From an uncultured Pseudobdellovibrionaceae bacterium (GTDB lineage Bacteria; Bdellovibrionota; Bdellovibrionia; Bdellovibrionales; JAGQZY01): a DNA stretch of 64,000 bases. The stretch spans positions 216,269 to 280,268 of the forward strand of contig CAYGNH010000002.1 in assembly GCA_964351315.1 (NCBI GenBank). The letters are read 5' to 3'. Under the pieces are notes generated by a model that was not told the DNA's origin, did not search any database, and saw only the letters and a program-made list of their open reading frames with translations. Below, one piece after another: positions 50,024 through 59,978 of the stretch. Positions within the stretch are counted from its first letter, which is position 1; each line of letters begins with the position of its first letter. Made by a program: the position numbers and the translations under genes.

Positions 50024-50826
50024 AAAAGGGATTCACACTTGTTGAAGTTCTTATTTCAATGCTGATTATGTCGATGCTCACCGTATTAATTTCCACATCC
50101 ATCCGCACCGGCGTTCGCAACAAAAAGAATTTGGAAGCCAAAATCGAAGCCGAAACTGATCTTTATGATGCCCTTCGTGTCATCAAGCAAGATGTAGAGC
50201 GAGCTTTCCACTACCAAGATGTGTTTTTTGAAATTGAAAACCTAGCGATCCAGCAATTGGAGGCAGAAAAACAAAAACAGGGGCAAAACCCTCAAGGGCA
50301 ACAAAGATCAGCCCCACGCCTCCCCCCACTGCAATTGACTCAGTTTTTGGGAGAAGCTCAGAGTATGCACTTTACCACCCTCAATCACTTTCGCACCAAA
50401 TACAATGCCCCTGAAAGTGATCAGATGGAGGTGGGTTATTATATGGATGGTTGCGACCGACGAGACGGCAAAGGTAGCACTAAGTGTTTGTGGCGACGGG
50501 GAAATCCACAAATAGACGATGAGGTCGATAAAGGAGGAGCCCGCGTGGTGGTCGCCTACGATGTGACCAAGTTTTCTTTGCAGTACCGAAGCAACCAAGA
50601 ACAAGATGAATGGGTTGATCAATGGCGATCCGATAATAAAGGACGGCCGGATCATCGCAATAAATTTCCCCACTTTGTAAAAATTAACTTAGAAATTGAA
50701 GACAAAGAAAAGAAAGATTCGAAATCCATCTCTCAATCCATGGTTGCTCGATTGGCCTTTCCGAACAACGACCCTCATGTCATGCAACGACCGCAAAACC
50801 AACAGCAACGGCCGGGCGGAAACTGA
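50020..50826 (+). CDS. gspJ: Minor pseudopilin GspJ
   Basis: MKKG|FTLVEVLISMLIMS... ATGA overlap with gspI. Confidence 0.8.
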   Translation: MKKGFTLVEVLISMLIMSMLTVLISTSIRTGVRNKKNLEAKIEAETDLYDALRVIKQDVERAFHYQDVFFEIENLAIQQLEAEKQKQGQNPQGQQRSAPRLPPLQLTQFLGEAQSMHFTTLNHFRTKYNAPESDQMEVGYYMDGCDRRDGKGSTKCLWRRGNPQIDDEVDKGGARVVVAYDVTKFSLQYRSNQEQDEWVDQWRSDNKGRPDHRNKFPHFVKINLEIEDKEKKDSKSISQSMVARLAFPNNDPHVMQRPQNQQQRPGGN

Positions 50827-52145
50827 TGAAAAAACTGTATAGAATGCAGAAAAATGAAAAAGGGTCAGCCATCATGTTGGCGGTTTTTACGGTCACTTTT
50901 GTGATGTTCCTCGCTATGGAAATTTCTCAATCGACCATTATGGAGTATTTAACCTCCGCCACTGAGGTCAAAAAGGTTCAAGCTCACTATGCGGCGGAAG
51001 CCTGCATGCGCCTTAACCTTCTGAGAATCAAAGGCTACCAGCAAGCCACTCGCCTACTGGGGGACAAAGTTCCCGCCGCACAACTGCAAATGATGGATAT
51101 GATTTGGCAGTTCCCTTTGTCCTGGCCGCCAAGCTTGCCCCAAGAAATCAGTTCCTTCGACAGTTCGACTATCCAAAAAACAGTAAGTGGATCCCTTTTA
51201 AAACAGCAGTTTGTTTCATCGATTGTGGCTGAAGGTGGGAAAATTGATATCAATGACCTTGGCTCTCCTTCGGAAGGTTTACGGCTTAAAACCAAAAGCC
51301 AAATTCTACAGAGGCTACAAGCTCGAGTGCTAAATGGCGAAGACACCTTCGCAGAACGCTATGCCAACTTTAACTTTGAAGAGCTTATTAACAATATCGC
51401 AGACTGGATCGACGACGGTGATGAGAGTCTCAATGGAGGCAGTGAAAAAGCCTACTATACCGATTTCCGAAACGAATTTATCCCCCCCAATCGCCCCTTC
51501 AAAACCATGGAAGAAATGCATATGGTCGCCGGCATGACCGACGAGATTTTTGAAATTTTAGCACCACAAATCACCCTTTATGGAGTCAAAGGGATCAATG
51601 TAAATCAGGCGGAAAGAGATGTTTTACTGAGTCTCTTCAATAACTATGATCCAGAGACCTCGAACGAAGTGGTCACAGAGATCTTAAAGCGCCGGAACAA
51701 CCCAGAGTTAGGCGGTCCCTTTCAGGACGAAAAAGAGTTTATTTCTTTTTTAGGGGCCTATATTGACCCCGATAAATTCAATGATGAAGAAAATAAAGTC
51801 CCTTTATTCTTTGGCGTCGAGCTCAACTTTAGAGTGAATTGCATTGGTGTCTCAGGAAAAATGACTCGAGAAATTGAAGGTGTGGTGTATAACGCCGATT
51901 CTGTAAAAATTCGCCTCAAAGAAGCGCTAATGAAAGAAATGGAGGGCCAAACCAACCCGCGCTGCCAAAACTTCACGGGCGACGAACTTTTCGAGTGTCT
52001 CTGCGATGACGAGCCAGATGATGCCAAACGCAAAAAATGCATCGACAACAAGAAAGCAGCCACCCAAAAACAGGACCAAGGTAGTAGTCAACCACCCCCA
52101 CTTCCCCCAGGTCCACCGAGAATGATTATCCAGCAGATCAAATAG
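50826..52145 (+). CDS. gspK: Minor pseudopilin GspK
   Basis: ...KGSAIMLAVFTVTFVMFLAM... (no Glu5, as expected) and ...ADWIDDGDESLNGGSEKAYY... Confidence 0.85.
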   Translation: MKKLYRMQKNEKGSAIMLAVFTVTFVMFLAMEISQSTIMEYLTSATEVKKVQAHYAAEACMRLNLLRIKGYQQATRLLGDKVPAAQLQMMDMIWQFPLSWPPSLPQEISSFDSSTIQKTVSGSLLKQQFVSSIVAEGGKIDINDLGSPSEGLRLKTKSQILQRLQARVLNGEDTFAERYANFNFEELINNIADWIDDGDESLNGGSEKAYYTDFRNEFIPPNRPFKTMEEMHMVAGMTDEIFEILAPQITLYGVKGINVNQAERDVLLSLFNNYDPETSNEVVTEILKRRNNPELGGPFQDEKEFISFLGAYIDPDKFNDEENKVPLFFGVELNFRVNCIGVSGKMTREIEGVVYNADSVKIRLKEALMKEMEGQTNPRCQNFTGDELFECLCDDEPDDAKRKKCIDNKKAATQKQDQGSSQPPPLPPGPPRMIIQQIK

Positions 52146-52215
52146 GGTGCAATAGACAGCAAACCCTTGATATCATAGAATAACTTTTAGAAGCCTCGGA
52201 CTTAAAAGGGATTTT

Positions 52216-53853
52216 ATGAGAAGCCTCGGAATAGACATCGGTCGTTATAGCATTAAAGTGGTTGAGATTCTCGCCAACAATCGAACTTACGAAATCACCA
52301 ATGCTAAAGAATATAAAATTCTTAATATGGAAACCAGCAATCAAGAAATTGATATTTTGCAAACGCTGGATACCATTTCAAAAGAATTTGACACAGAAAC
52401 AGCGAAAGTAACTTGTTCAATTCGACAACAGTACGTCAGTACAAGAAAACTTTTTTTCCCTTTTAAAGAGCGAGTCAAAATCCACAAAAGTTTAGCCTTT
52501 GAACTTGAAGACGATATGCCACTAGCCGTTGATAAAGCGATCTATGATTCAAAGATCATAAAATTTCACGAGAAAACAGCTGAAGTGGTGGCCATGGCTT
52601 GCGTCGCCGAGGAAGTGGAAAAAACATTGGATATCTTTGCCAGAGGTCATATCGATCCGGATATCATCACGCCCGAGTTTTGTGCTATCGCCAACCTTTA
52701 TGAAAAATGGTACAAGTCCCCAGAAGAAGCCGTTGAGGATGAAAACTCAGACAAACAACCTGATAAAATGATTGTTCATATCGGACATTCGAAGTCTTTT
52801 GTCGGTGTCGTCAGTGATGGGTACCTGGTATGGGGACGCAGCATAATGTGGGGAGTTGAGCGCGTGGCCTCTTCTATCTCGCAAAGCTTTCAAGTGCCCT
52901 TCTCCACTGCTTTAGACATGATGCCCAGTAAAGCTTTTCTGCTGTTGTCTTCACAAGAGGCCAACAAGGATCAAATTAAAATGTCCGATGCCGTCATCAG
53001 ATCTCTGGCACCAATCATTCAGGATCTTCGACTCTCAATTATGTTGGCCAACACCGAGTATGGAGCCAATATCGAAAAAATTGAAATGATTGGTGGTGCC
53101 TCTAAGATCAAAAACCTGGCCGCCTATTTTACTCAAGAGCTGGAGTGCCCCGCCAACATCAGCAATCCCATCACGGATTTGAGCGGTCAACCCATGAAGA
53201 ACAACGAACGGCTGGCCGAGGTTTTCGTTGTTTCGATGGGCTTGGCCATCGAAGGACTTCGACGCCCGTTTAATCCACCCGTCAACTTTAGACAAGGCGA
53301 CTTAGCCAAGAAAAATCTTTCCTTCGATAAATTTTGGGAAAAATGGAGTTACACCGCAAAAATGGTGGCCGCCCTTTACCTTTGTTTTTGCGTTTACGGA
53401 GTGGCCATGGACACGATTGCCACACAGCTTGAAACGGCCTCTTATGATGTGTTAACCACCCAGGCTAGTAAAATTGCAAAGCTTAAAACAAAAACTGGAA
53501 TCGAGTCTAAAATTAGCGCTTTTATTCGTAAAAACAAAAAGAAGGCAGAGCTTGTACAAGTTTACGATAAACTGGGTGAGATCAACTCGCCTTTGAAGTT
53601 TGTCAATGACGTCAGTCAAACACTTCCCAACAATAAGGCCGATAAGAGCTTTGAAATTCGACGATTTGTAGTCGATAACACAAAGGTCAATATTCAGGGC
53701 GTGGCCGCTGACTCTAAAACCATTCAAAAACTAAACAAAGCGTTAAAAGGTGTGGCATTGAACGGACAAGTCAAAACCGTTCCAGCTGTGATCCAACCCG
53801 AAGACGGTCGACAGGTCTTCGGTTTCGAATTCAATGTAAAGAGAAAGAACTGA
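52216..53853 (+). CDS. gspL: GspL-like assembly protein with a PilM/actin-like N-terminal domain
   Basis: MRSLGIDIGRYSIKVVEI... (an actin-fold phosphate-1-like start), a central TM helix (...MVAALYLCFCVYGVAM...) and a periplasmic C-terminal domain. Confidence 0.7.
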   Translation: MRSLGIDIGRYSIKVVEILANNRTYEITNAKEYKILNMETSNQEIDILQTLDTISKEFDTETAKVTCSIRQQYVSTRKLFFPFKERVKIHKSLAFELEDDMPLAVDKAIYDSKIIKFHEKTAEVVAMACVAEEVEKTLDIFARGHIDPDIITPEFCAIANLYEKWYKSPEEAVEDENSDKQPDKMIVHIGHSKSFVGVVSDGYLVWGRSIMWGVERVASSISQSFQVPFSTALDMMPSKAFLLLSSQEANKDQIKMSDAVIRSLAPIIQDLRLSIMLANTEYGANIEKIEMIGGASKIKNLAAYFTQELECPANISNPITDLSGQPMKNNERLAEVFVVSMGLAIEGLRRPFNPPVNFRQGDLAKKNLSFDKFWEKWSYTAKMVAALYLCFCVYGVAMDTIATQLETASYDVLTTQASKIAKLKTKTGIESKISAFIRKNKKKAELVQVYDKLGEINSPLKFVNDVSQTLPNNKADKSFEIRRFVVDNTKVNIQGVAADSKTIQKLNKALKGVALNGQVKTVPAVIQPEDGRQVFGFEFNVKRKN

Positions 53854-53854
53854 T

Positions 53855-54544
53855 ATGGATTTTGAAGCTTTAAAAGAACAATTTCTCGATCGTTTCCAAG
53901 CCTACAAGTCACAGCTTGAAGACACTGGAATCTATATTCAACTGAAAGAGCGCTACGACAATTTAAGTCCAGGCATTCAGCAAGCGGTCAAATACGCCGG
54001 GTTGCTTTTTGTTATTTACTTTTTTTACTCGATACCAGCCTCCTTTATCGACTCAGCCAACCAAAAATTGACTTACTTCGAAGACAATCGACAAATGACT
54101 CGAGAACTGATTCGAGCCGGTCGTATAGCGCAAACGGTTCAGCTCCCGCCTCCGGCTCCGACCGCCACATCCCTTTCAAGCCACGTTGAGAGAGTTCTTG
54201 CCGCTGAACAGATTTTGCCGGAACAAAAAATGTCATCCACTCAAAAAGAAAATGTGGCCGCAAAAACCCTGGCTCCAGCCAGTATTAAGCAGTCAGGCAT
54301 TAAACTCAGTTTGAAAAAATTGAATCTCCGGCAGCTGGTGCGAGTCGGAGAGGCTCTGGATCAGATCGACAGCACAAAACTGATCAACCTCGCCATTCAG
54401 GCCGATGCCCAGGACCCTCACTATTTTGCGGTCGACTATGAGGTCGCTGCATTTGAAGTTCCTAGAGACAGTGAAGAGGATGTCGGCGGCGACAAAAAGA
54501 AGTCTCGATTTAAATCTCGCGGGAAAGGAACGAAAAATAAATGA
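53855..54544 (+). CDS. gspM: GspM-like bitopic protein
   Basis: Single TM (...YAGLLFVIYFFYSI...). It sits between the gspL-like and gspN-like genes, with an ATGA overlap downstream. Confidence 0.6.
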   Translation: MDFEALKEQFLDRFQAYKSQLEDTGIYIQLKERYDNLSPGIQQAVKYAGLLFVIYFFYSIPASFIDSANQKLTYFEDNRQMTRELIRAGRIAQTVQLPPPAPTATSLSSHVERVLAAEQILPEQKMSSTQKENVAAKTLAPASIKQSGIKLSLKKLNLRQLVRVGEALDQIDSTKLINLAIQADAQDPHYFAVDYEVAAFEVPRDSEEDVGGDKKKSRFKSRGKGTKNK

Positions 54545-55542
54545 AACCCTTTTTGAACTTTATCCTCGATATCTTTCGTTTTCATAAAAAGAAGATTCTT
54601 TTCTTGTCTGCATCCATCGTATTTTGGTTGGTTGCGCTTTTCCCCTACGATGATTTGAGCGACTTTTTTACTTATAAAACAACCCAGCTCACGCAAAGCC
54701 AAGTGTATTTACAATTTGATGGCCTTTCTTTCGGCTTGCTTCCGCAGCTAGGTATAAAAATGGAAAATGTCTTGGTTGAAATGGTAAATATCCCCCCATT
54801 CAATGTGAACACTCTAGGCTTTGCGCCTCGTTTTGGGTTGATCTTTGGCCAACCGGCGGGAATTCTTAAAGCCTATGGGTTATTTGGCGGCGATGCCTCA
54901 GTCTACATTAACCCCTCCAACGAATTGGACGTGGATGGTCTTGAGGTCGGATTGGATTTAAATTTGGAAAATGTTGCTTTAAAAGAACTTTCAAAGTTTT
55001 TACAGAAGACTTCGAATTTTCCGTTCACCGTTTCTGGGAATACCAACTTTGATTCCAATTTATTTGTTGATACAACCTACAAAGTTCAACCGAAAGGTGA
55101 ACTCAACCTTAGTATAAAGGACTTGGACATCCCCTCATCCAACATCCCACTCCCGATGGGAGCCGGCGCTTCGATGAGTATGTCTTTTCCCGCTTTAAAG
55201 CTCACCAACCTTGAAATGGAAGGCAACGTTCGCGAGGGAATTCTGAACATTAAAAAGGGCAATATCGGCGATCAGAAAAATGATCTTTTTGGCACGATAA
55301 CTGGTGACCTTTTCTTTGAAGTTGTAAAGGGCGGAAAAGTGAAAATGGGTGGATACGACCTTCGAGTGAATTTAAATATTAGCGAAAACCTTAAACGCCA
55401 ATTGGGAACTGTACTTGGATTTATCGATCTTTACGAGGGAATCGGGGAGAAGTACAAGTACGATTCTTTACGTGGCGTACGCTATTCCATGCGTTTAAAA
55501 GCTCGAAATATGCAGATGCCCCCACAGGTTTCTTCGAACTAA
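54541..55542 (+). CDS. gspN: GspN-like protein (long form)
   Basis: N-terminal TM (...ILFLSASIVFWLVALF...) followed by a beta-rich periplasmic domain. It is the last gene of the gsp plus-strand operon. Confidence 0.6.
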   Translation: MKPFLNFILDIFRFHKKKILFLSASIVFWLVALFPYDDLSDFFTYKTTQLTQSQVYLQFDGLSFGLLPQLGIKMENVLVEMVNIPPFNVNTLGFAPRFGLIFGQPAGILKAYGLFGGDASVYINPSNELDVDGLEVGLDLNLENVALKELSKFLQKTSNFPFTVSGNTNFDSNLFVDTTYKVQPKGELNLSIKDLDIPSSNIPLPMGAGASMSMSFPALKLTNLEMEGNVREGILNIKKGNIGDQKNDLFGTITGDLFFEVVKGGKVKMGGYDLRVNLNISENLKRQLGTVLGFIDLYEGIGEKYKYDSLRGVRYSMRLKARNMQMPPQVSSN

Positions 55543-56739
55543 TTACCAAACCGCACTTTCAAAAATCACACCTGGAACACCGTTGAGTTGGCTGTATCGC
55601 AAGGCTGGCAACTCAATTTGCGGGTGATTTACATAGTTGTAGAGCCTTGCAAAGGACCAATGTAAATTCTGATCAATAAAAATAGAGTCACGCCGCCCTC
55701 CCTGACGGGCCTTGCCATTGGCGCCGTAACGAAGACCAAATGCTTTTCGCAAAGGCAATGCAAAGGAATCTGGAAACAATTGAGGTTTTTCCATTTGGGC
55801 TCGGCGAATCATAGAGTCTAGGGTGAATGTGATTAATTCGGGATCATAAACCTCGGCCACCACATCCTGACTACGGCGCGAGACCACAGGCAGTATTCCC
55901 ATTTGGAACATGTCGGTCCTATTTTCTGTAAACTTTTCTTCAAACATCCAAGTTGGGAGCTCCGTGTTTTCCGGCAAACGCTGTCGATTCGCAATATAGT
56001 ACCAAGGAATTTTAAACTGGGTTTTCCATGCATTGATCAAAGTGGCCCGCATCATCCCAAACTGAAAAAGCAGTTCGGATGCAAAACTGGTACAGCCCCC
56101 TCCTTCTAGTTTGTTCGGGTCAAGAACAAACGAAAAGTTTTGATAAGCTTCACTTTTAATGTAACGATCCAAAAAGTAAATTCCATTGGCGCAATCATCA
56201 TCACTGATTTCAAAGGCCACCCAGGAAAAGCCATGGTCGTCGGGAGAGTCCCAGACACGAACAGCCGAAGCCTCTGAACTTTGTAAATATCCGTCCGTAA
56301 AATTAGCGAACATCAATGACATTCCATAACCGAGTTCTAAAAGCATGCGCTTGCCTTGGTAGGTCTGCTCACCGGTTTGTCCGGTCATCCCATAGTAACG
56401 TCCCGTTTTCCCGGGAACCCGGCACGACCAGGCCACCTGAAAATGCCCCAACTGCCCATGGGAATCATTTCGCAATTGTTTCCGAGCGGCTAAAACACTG
56501 CCTCGAAACCAGTAGATGTCTTGAAACAAAAACGCATTCACTGGTTTATGTAATACTGCGATCACATAGTTTTTTCCTGCAGGCAGTTGATTTTTGAAGT
56601 CTTCCAGGGGACCGTGCCAGCCATGCAGTGATTGACCATCGACAGGGTCACGATAGTTCATATAACCGCTGTATTCAGAAGCCTGGGCAAATAGACTGAA
56701 GAAAAGAGAAAGCGATATTATTAGGACGAATGACTTCAC
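55543..56739 (-). CDS. Secreted hypothetical protein (about 398 aa)
   Basis: The likely GTG start at 56739 (GAGGAG-N6-GTG) gives the signal peptide MKSFVLIISLSLFFSLFAQA. I recognise no family. Confidence 0.65.
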   Translation of the reverse strand: MKSFVLIISLSLFFSLFAQASEYSGYMNYRDPVDGQSLHGWHGPLEDFKNQLPAGKNYVIAVLHKPVNAFLFQDIYWFRGSVLAARKQLRNDSHGQLGHFQVAWSCRVPGKTGRYYGMTGQTGEQTYQGKRMLLELGYGMSLMFANFTDGYLQSSEASAVRVWDSPDDHGFSWVAFEISDDDCANGIYFLDRYIKSEAYQNFSFVLDPNKLEGGGCTSFASELLFQFGMMRATLINAWKTQFKIPWYYIANRQRLPENTELPTWMFEEKFTENRTDMFQMGILPVVSRRSQDVVAEVYDPELITFTLDSMIRRAQMEKPQLFPDSFALPLRKAFGLRYGANGKARQGGRRDSIFIDQNLHWSFARLYNYVNHPQIELPALRYSQLNGVPGVIFESAVW

Positions 56740-56930
56740 AGGCGGCTCCTCTTTAATGACCACCCGCGAAATTTAGTAGAGCAACCGCCTGAATCCAATA
56801 CATTTTGCAATAGTTTCAGACCCCTGTAATAGGTCGTTCTGACTTAATTACATTCTTAGACCCAAGCCGTTTATTTTTACCCAATTAAGAAGGCCCTGTG
56901 CTACCCCCTAAAAGTCAAAAGGGAGGCGCA

Positions 56931-57671
56931 ATGAGATCTATTACTTTTATCGCGACAATTTTATTAACTGGGGCCGCAATGGCCATATCGAGTTCAACGC
57001 CCGTAGGCGATGGCTCTTCTTCTTACAATCAATTGAGTGTGCGACTTTACAACAATTTCTCTATGGCCGACGGTAACCTCGTTCAACAGGGAAGCATTTC
57101 GCAAATTTCTTATTCTGATGTTTGGTTGGGAGGTCAATCTATGATCTTAAAAGTCAATGGCGACAATTACCGATTTAAACTAAAGCAAAATATTGCCATT
57201 CAAAAGGGTTATGCCACCGCAGCGGGCACGACCAGTGCGGGTTCGACCGGTCAAGGTATTGGTGTTGCGATCAACGAACGCGCCAATGGCCCTTGGAACA
57301 CCTATGAAGAACTCAAAGAAAGAACTTGCTCTGGACGAAGGGTGGAAGCTTGCATCATCCTCGATGGGGGCCAACAAGTTTGTGACTCCGAAAGAACCTC
57401 GGGATACCAAACAGACCTTGTCGAATACGGTGACAGAAACTTGGCGGCGACGGTCAGTTTGACTTCTGGCAGCGGAACTCGATTGGCCGATATTTCTTAC
57501 TCGACTAAAGAGTTTCGCACTCGAACACTGGTTTCAGAATACTATCCTTGTGATGCCGATTCGTATTCAAATGTTCGCGCAACCCGTCGTGCCATTCGCC
57601 AACGTCTTCGCGAGAAATACAACGTCGACCAAAATGGTGTACAGAACGGTGAAAAAATTAAAAGTCACTAA
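56931..57671 (+). CDS. Secreted hypothetical protein (246 aa)
   Basis: GGGAGG SD and signal peptide MRSITFIATILLTGAAMA. A clean terminator follows. Confidence 0.65.
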   Translation: MRSITFIATILLTGAAMAISSSTPVGDGSSSYNQLSVRLYNNFSMADGNLVQQGSISQISYSDVWLGGQSMILKVNGDNYRFKLKQNIAIQKGYATAAGTTSAGSTGQGIGVAINERANGPWNTYEELKERTCSGRRVEACIILDGGQQVCDSERTSGYQTDLVEYGDRNLAATVSLTSGSGTRLADISYSTKEFRTRTLVSEYYPCDADSYSNVRATRRAIRQRLREKYNVDQNGVQNGEKIKSH

Positions 57672-57703
57672 TCTAAACAGTCGTCTGTATTTCCGTTTCA
57701 AAT

Positions 57704-57730
57704 AGCCAGGAGAATTCCTGGCTTTTTTTT
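57704..57730 (+). terminator. Rho-independent terminator
   Basis: Stem AGCCAGGA/TCCTGGCT (8 bp), loop GAAT, followed by a T-run of 7. Confidence 0.8.
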
Positions 57731-57770
57731 GCAGTGACAGAGCCAAGGCAGTTTTAGTAAAGATAACAAT

Positions 57771-58223
57771 ATGAGAACCGATCGACAGTGGTTTTCTCTT
57801 TACGGAGAAAGCCATCAAAATAAAACCAACAAAATGATTCACTATGTCTGCGTGCCATTGATTCTGTATTCTGTCCTCGGACTCTTAGATGCGGTTTCTC
57901 AACCAGGATTCTTAGGCCTGCCCCTGTCGCTCACTTATCCCTTGTTGATTGGCGGTGGAATCTTTTATTTGCGATTGAACTGGAAACTGGGATTGGTGGC
58001 GTTAGCGGTTTGTTTTCTAATGGTGACTAGCTTTCAGTTTTATCCTGGGGCTGTCTTCCAACTTTATTTTCACTTAGTTTTATTTGTTGTCGCTTGGATT
58101 TTCCAATTTATAGGCCACAAAATCGAAGGTAAAAAGCCCTCGTTTTTACAGGATTTGGCTTTTCTTTTTATTGGCCCCCTTTGGATTCTCAACCAGTGGA
58201 CTGGAGAACGCCTTATTGATTGA
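57771..58223 (+). CDS. DUF962 / Mpo1-like membrane protein
   Basis: ...YGESHQNKTNKMIHYVCVPLI... and ...FIGHKIEGKKPSFLQD... match the DUF962 pattern. Confidence 0.75.
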   Translation: MRTDRQWFSLYGESHQNKTNKMIHYVCVPLILYSVLGLLDAVSQPGFLGLPLSLTYPLLIGGGIFYLRLNWKLGLVALAVCFLMVTSFQFYPGAVFQLYFHLVLFVVAWIFQFIGHKIEGKKPSFLQDLAFLFIGPLWILNQWTGERLID

Positions 58224-58421
58224 CGCAACTCATTCAAAATCAGGCCAATATCTGAAATCTGTTTAAGATAGTGGCAACCTTTCTGGAAATGCAGCTTGGC
58301 ATGTCCGGTATTTCTTTGGCTCACTAGGACATTCTCAGGTATCTGTAAGAATTCTTCAGGGTAAGACTGGCCTAGCAAGTGCTTATTCGGTACAACAAAA
58401 AATCTTAAAAGGGGGATTTAT

Positions 58422-58847
58422 ATGTCAGGAGTTAATAAAGCTATCATCGTTGGACGTCTCGGGTCGGATCCTGAAATGAAAACTGTGACTTCCGGCCAGA
58501 CCGTCTGCCGCTTAAGCGTCGCCACCAGTGAAAATTGGACCGATCGCGATGGTCAAAAGCAAGAGCGTACAGAGTGGCACCGCGTGGTCGTTTGGGGTCG
58601 TATGGCCGAGGTTTGTGGACAACACCTTGCAAAAGGTCGTCAGGTTTATTTAGAGGGACGCTTGCAGACTCGTTCTTGGGAAGACCCCCAAGGTGTAAAA
58701 AAATACACGACTGAAATCGTCGCCAGCACCGTTCAGTTTCTTGGCGCCAATGACCGTAGTCAGTCTCAGAGTACAGGTGGAGGTATGGGGTCCCAAGATT
58801 TTGGTCCAGAACCCTCATTTGATAGCTCTGAAGAAATTCCTTTCTAA
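58422..58847 (+). CDS. ssb: Single-stranded DNA-binding protein
   Basis: [18 protein letters not shown]...[11 protein letters not shown]... forms an OB fold. A Gly/Gln-rich linker leads to the acidic tip ...SSEEIPF. Confidence 0.95.
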   Translation: MSGVNKAIIVGRLGSDPEMKTVTSGQTVCRLSVATSENWTDRDGQKQERTEWHRVVVWGRMAEVCGQHLAKGRQVYLEGRLQTRSWEDPQGVKKYTTEIVASTVQFLGANDRSQSQSTGGGMGSQDFGPEPSFDSSEEIPF

Positions 58848-59027
58848 GTCATTGATTCGAGCCACCAACAAGCGTTTGGTGGCTTAAGTCCTTAAAAACT
58901 CTGATTAATTAAACCTTTTGGACTTGGCCGCAGCCCGTTCTTTTTCTATTCTATTGAATAAGAGAGCACTGGATTTATGGAGGCTTTGACCTCACCTAAT
59001 ATCAGTGCCCTTTTTAAAGGAGTGACT

Positions 59028-59927
59028 ATGCATCGTCTGGGATCCATCTCGAAACTCACGCTATTGTTTACGATCGCGATTCTTTTTGTCGTTCAGCCCT
59101 CTTGGGCCGGGCGGGTGGTAAAAGTGAAAGGAAAAAAAGTTTACATTCTTCTTGATAAAGAAGAAGTGAACTCCACTTTCAAGGGCGACAATCTTTACAC
59201 CACAACACGCAGTGGAAAGAAACGTGGGATTGTTACGGTACGAGCCATCAAAGGCAATAAAGTTGTGGGCCAACTGCGTAAAGGTAAGGCCGCCAATAAA
59301 ATGTTAACCAAAGCCCGCAAAGGCAAAAAGAAAAAGCAGCGCACAGAAGATCCAATGATGATGGAAGATGCCAGCGAAGTGGCGCAAACAGAACAAGAAG
59401 ACCGCGGCGAATTTCCTGAAATGATGTTTGGAATTGTCGGAAGCTTTGGGCAGGTGACACAAAATGTAGCCAACGTCGCCGACATGTCCGGCTCCCTTAT
59501 TGGAGTCAAAGCCGTTTTTGATTACGAGTTGTTTAGTAACTTAGGAGTCAAAGCTCGCTTAGGGATGGATATGCTTTCGGTGACAGGAACTGGCAACTCC
59601 ATTGATTATCAAACCGACATCAATTATTTAACTTTGGATTTTCTGCTTCGTTACTATGTCATGCGCAGCAGCAGTTTTGGGTTGTTCGTCAATGGAGGGA
59701 TGGGTATATACTCGCCGATGTCCACGGAACTAGGAACAGCCGGCAACGAAGCTCTGCAAGAAGACTCCATTTCTACCACTAGCGTTGGAATTTTTGGGGT
59801 GGGCATCTCGGTTCCGATCGGTGGTATCGAAGTTCAATTGGGCGCTGATTACTATTTGTTCCCACCGTCCGACGATGTCGACACCAGTGCCTTTGGGGCC
59901 AAGGTGGGAATCCTCTTCGGTATCTAA
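59028..59927 (+). CDS. Outer-membrane beta-barrel-like protein with an N-terminal soluble domain and a Lys-rich linker
   Basis: AAGGAG-N5-ATG start and signal peptide ...LLFTIAILFVVQPSWA. The C-terminal half has an alternating beta-strand pattern ending ...KVGILFGI. Confidence 0.6.
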   Translation: MHRLGSISKLTLLFTIAILFVVQPSWAGRVVKVKGKKVYILLDKEEVNSTFKGDNLYTTTRSGKKRGIVTVRAIKGNKVVGQLRKGKAANKMLTKARKGKKKKQRTEDPMMMEDASEVAQTEQEDRGEFPEMMFGIVGSFGQVTQNVANVADMSGSLIGVKAVFDYELFSNLGVKARLGMDMLSVTGTGNSIDYQTDINYLTLDFLLRYYVMRSSSFGLFVNGGMGIYSPMSTELGTAGNEALQEDSISTTSVGIFGVGISVPIGGIEVQLGADYYLFPPSDDVDTSAFGAKVGILFGI

Positions 59928-59944
59928 ATTAGTGAACTGAGGGC

Positions 59945-59978
59945 AAAAAAAAACGACCAGGCTTTGGGTTCCTGGTCG
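59945..59978 (-). terminator. Rho-independent terminator (minus strand)
   Basis: Stem CGACCAGG/CCTGGTCG (8 bp), 9-nt loop. On the minus strand it is followed by T9. Confidence 0.65.

Noticed and set aside
52189-52230. A 12-nt direct repeat, AGAAGCCTCGGA, occurs twice across the gspL start (52189-52200 and 52219-52230).
   Set aside because: It is short, occurs as a single pair, and has no associated structure. It may be chance or a small duplication scar.
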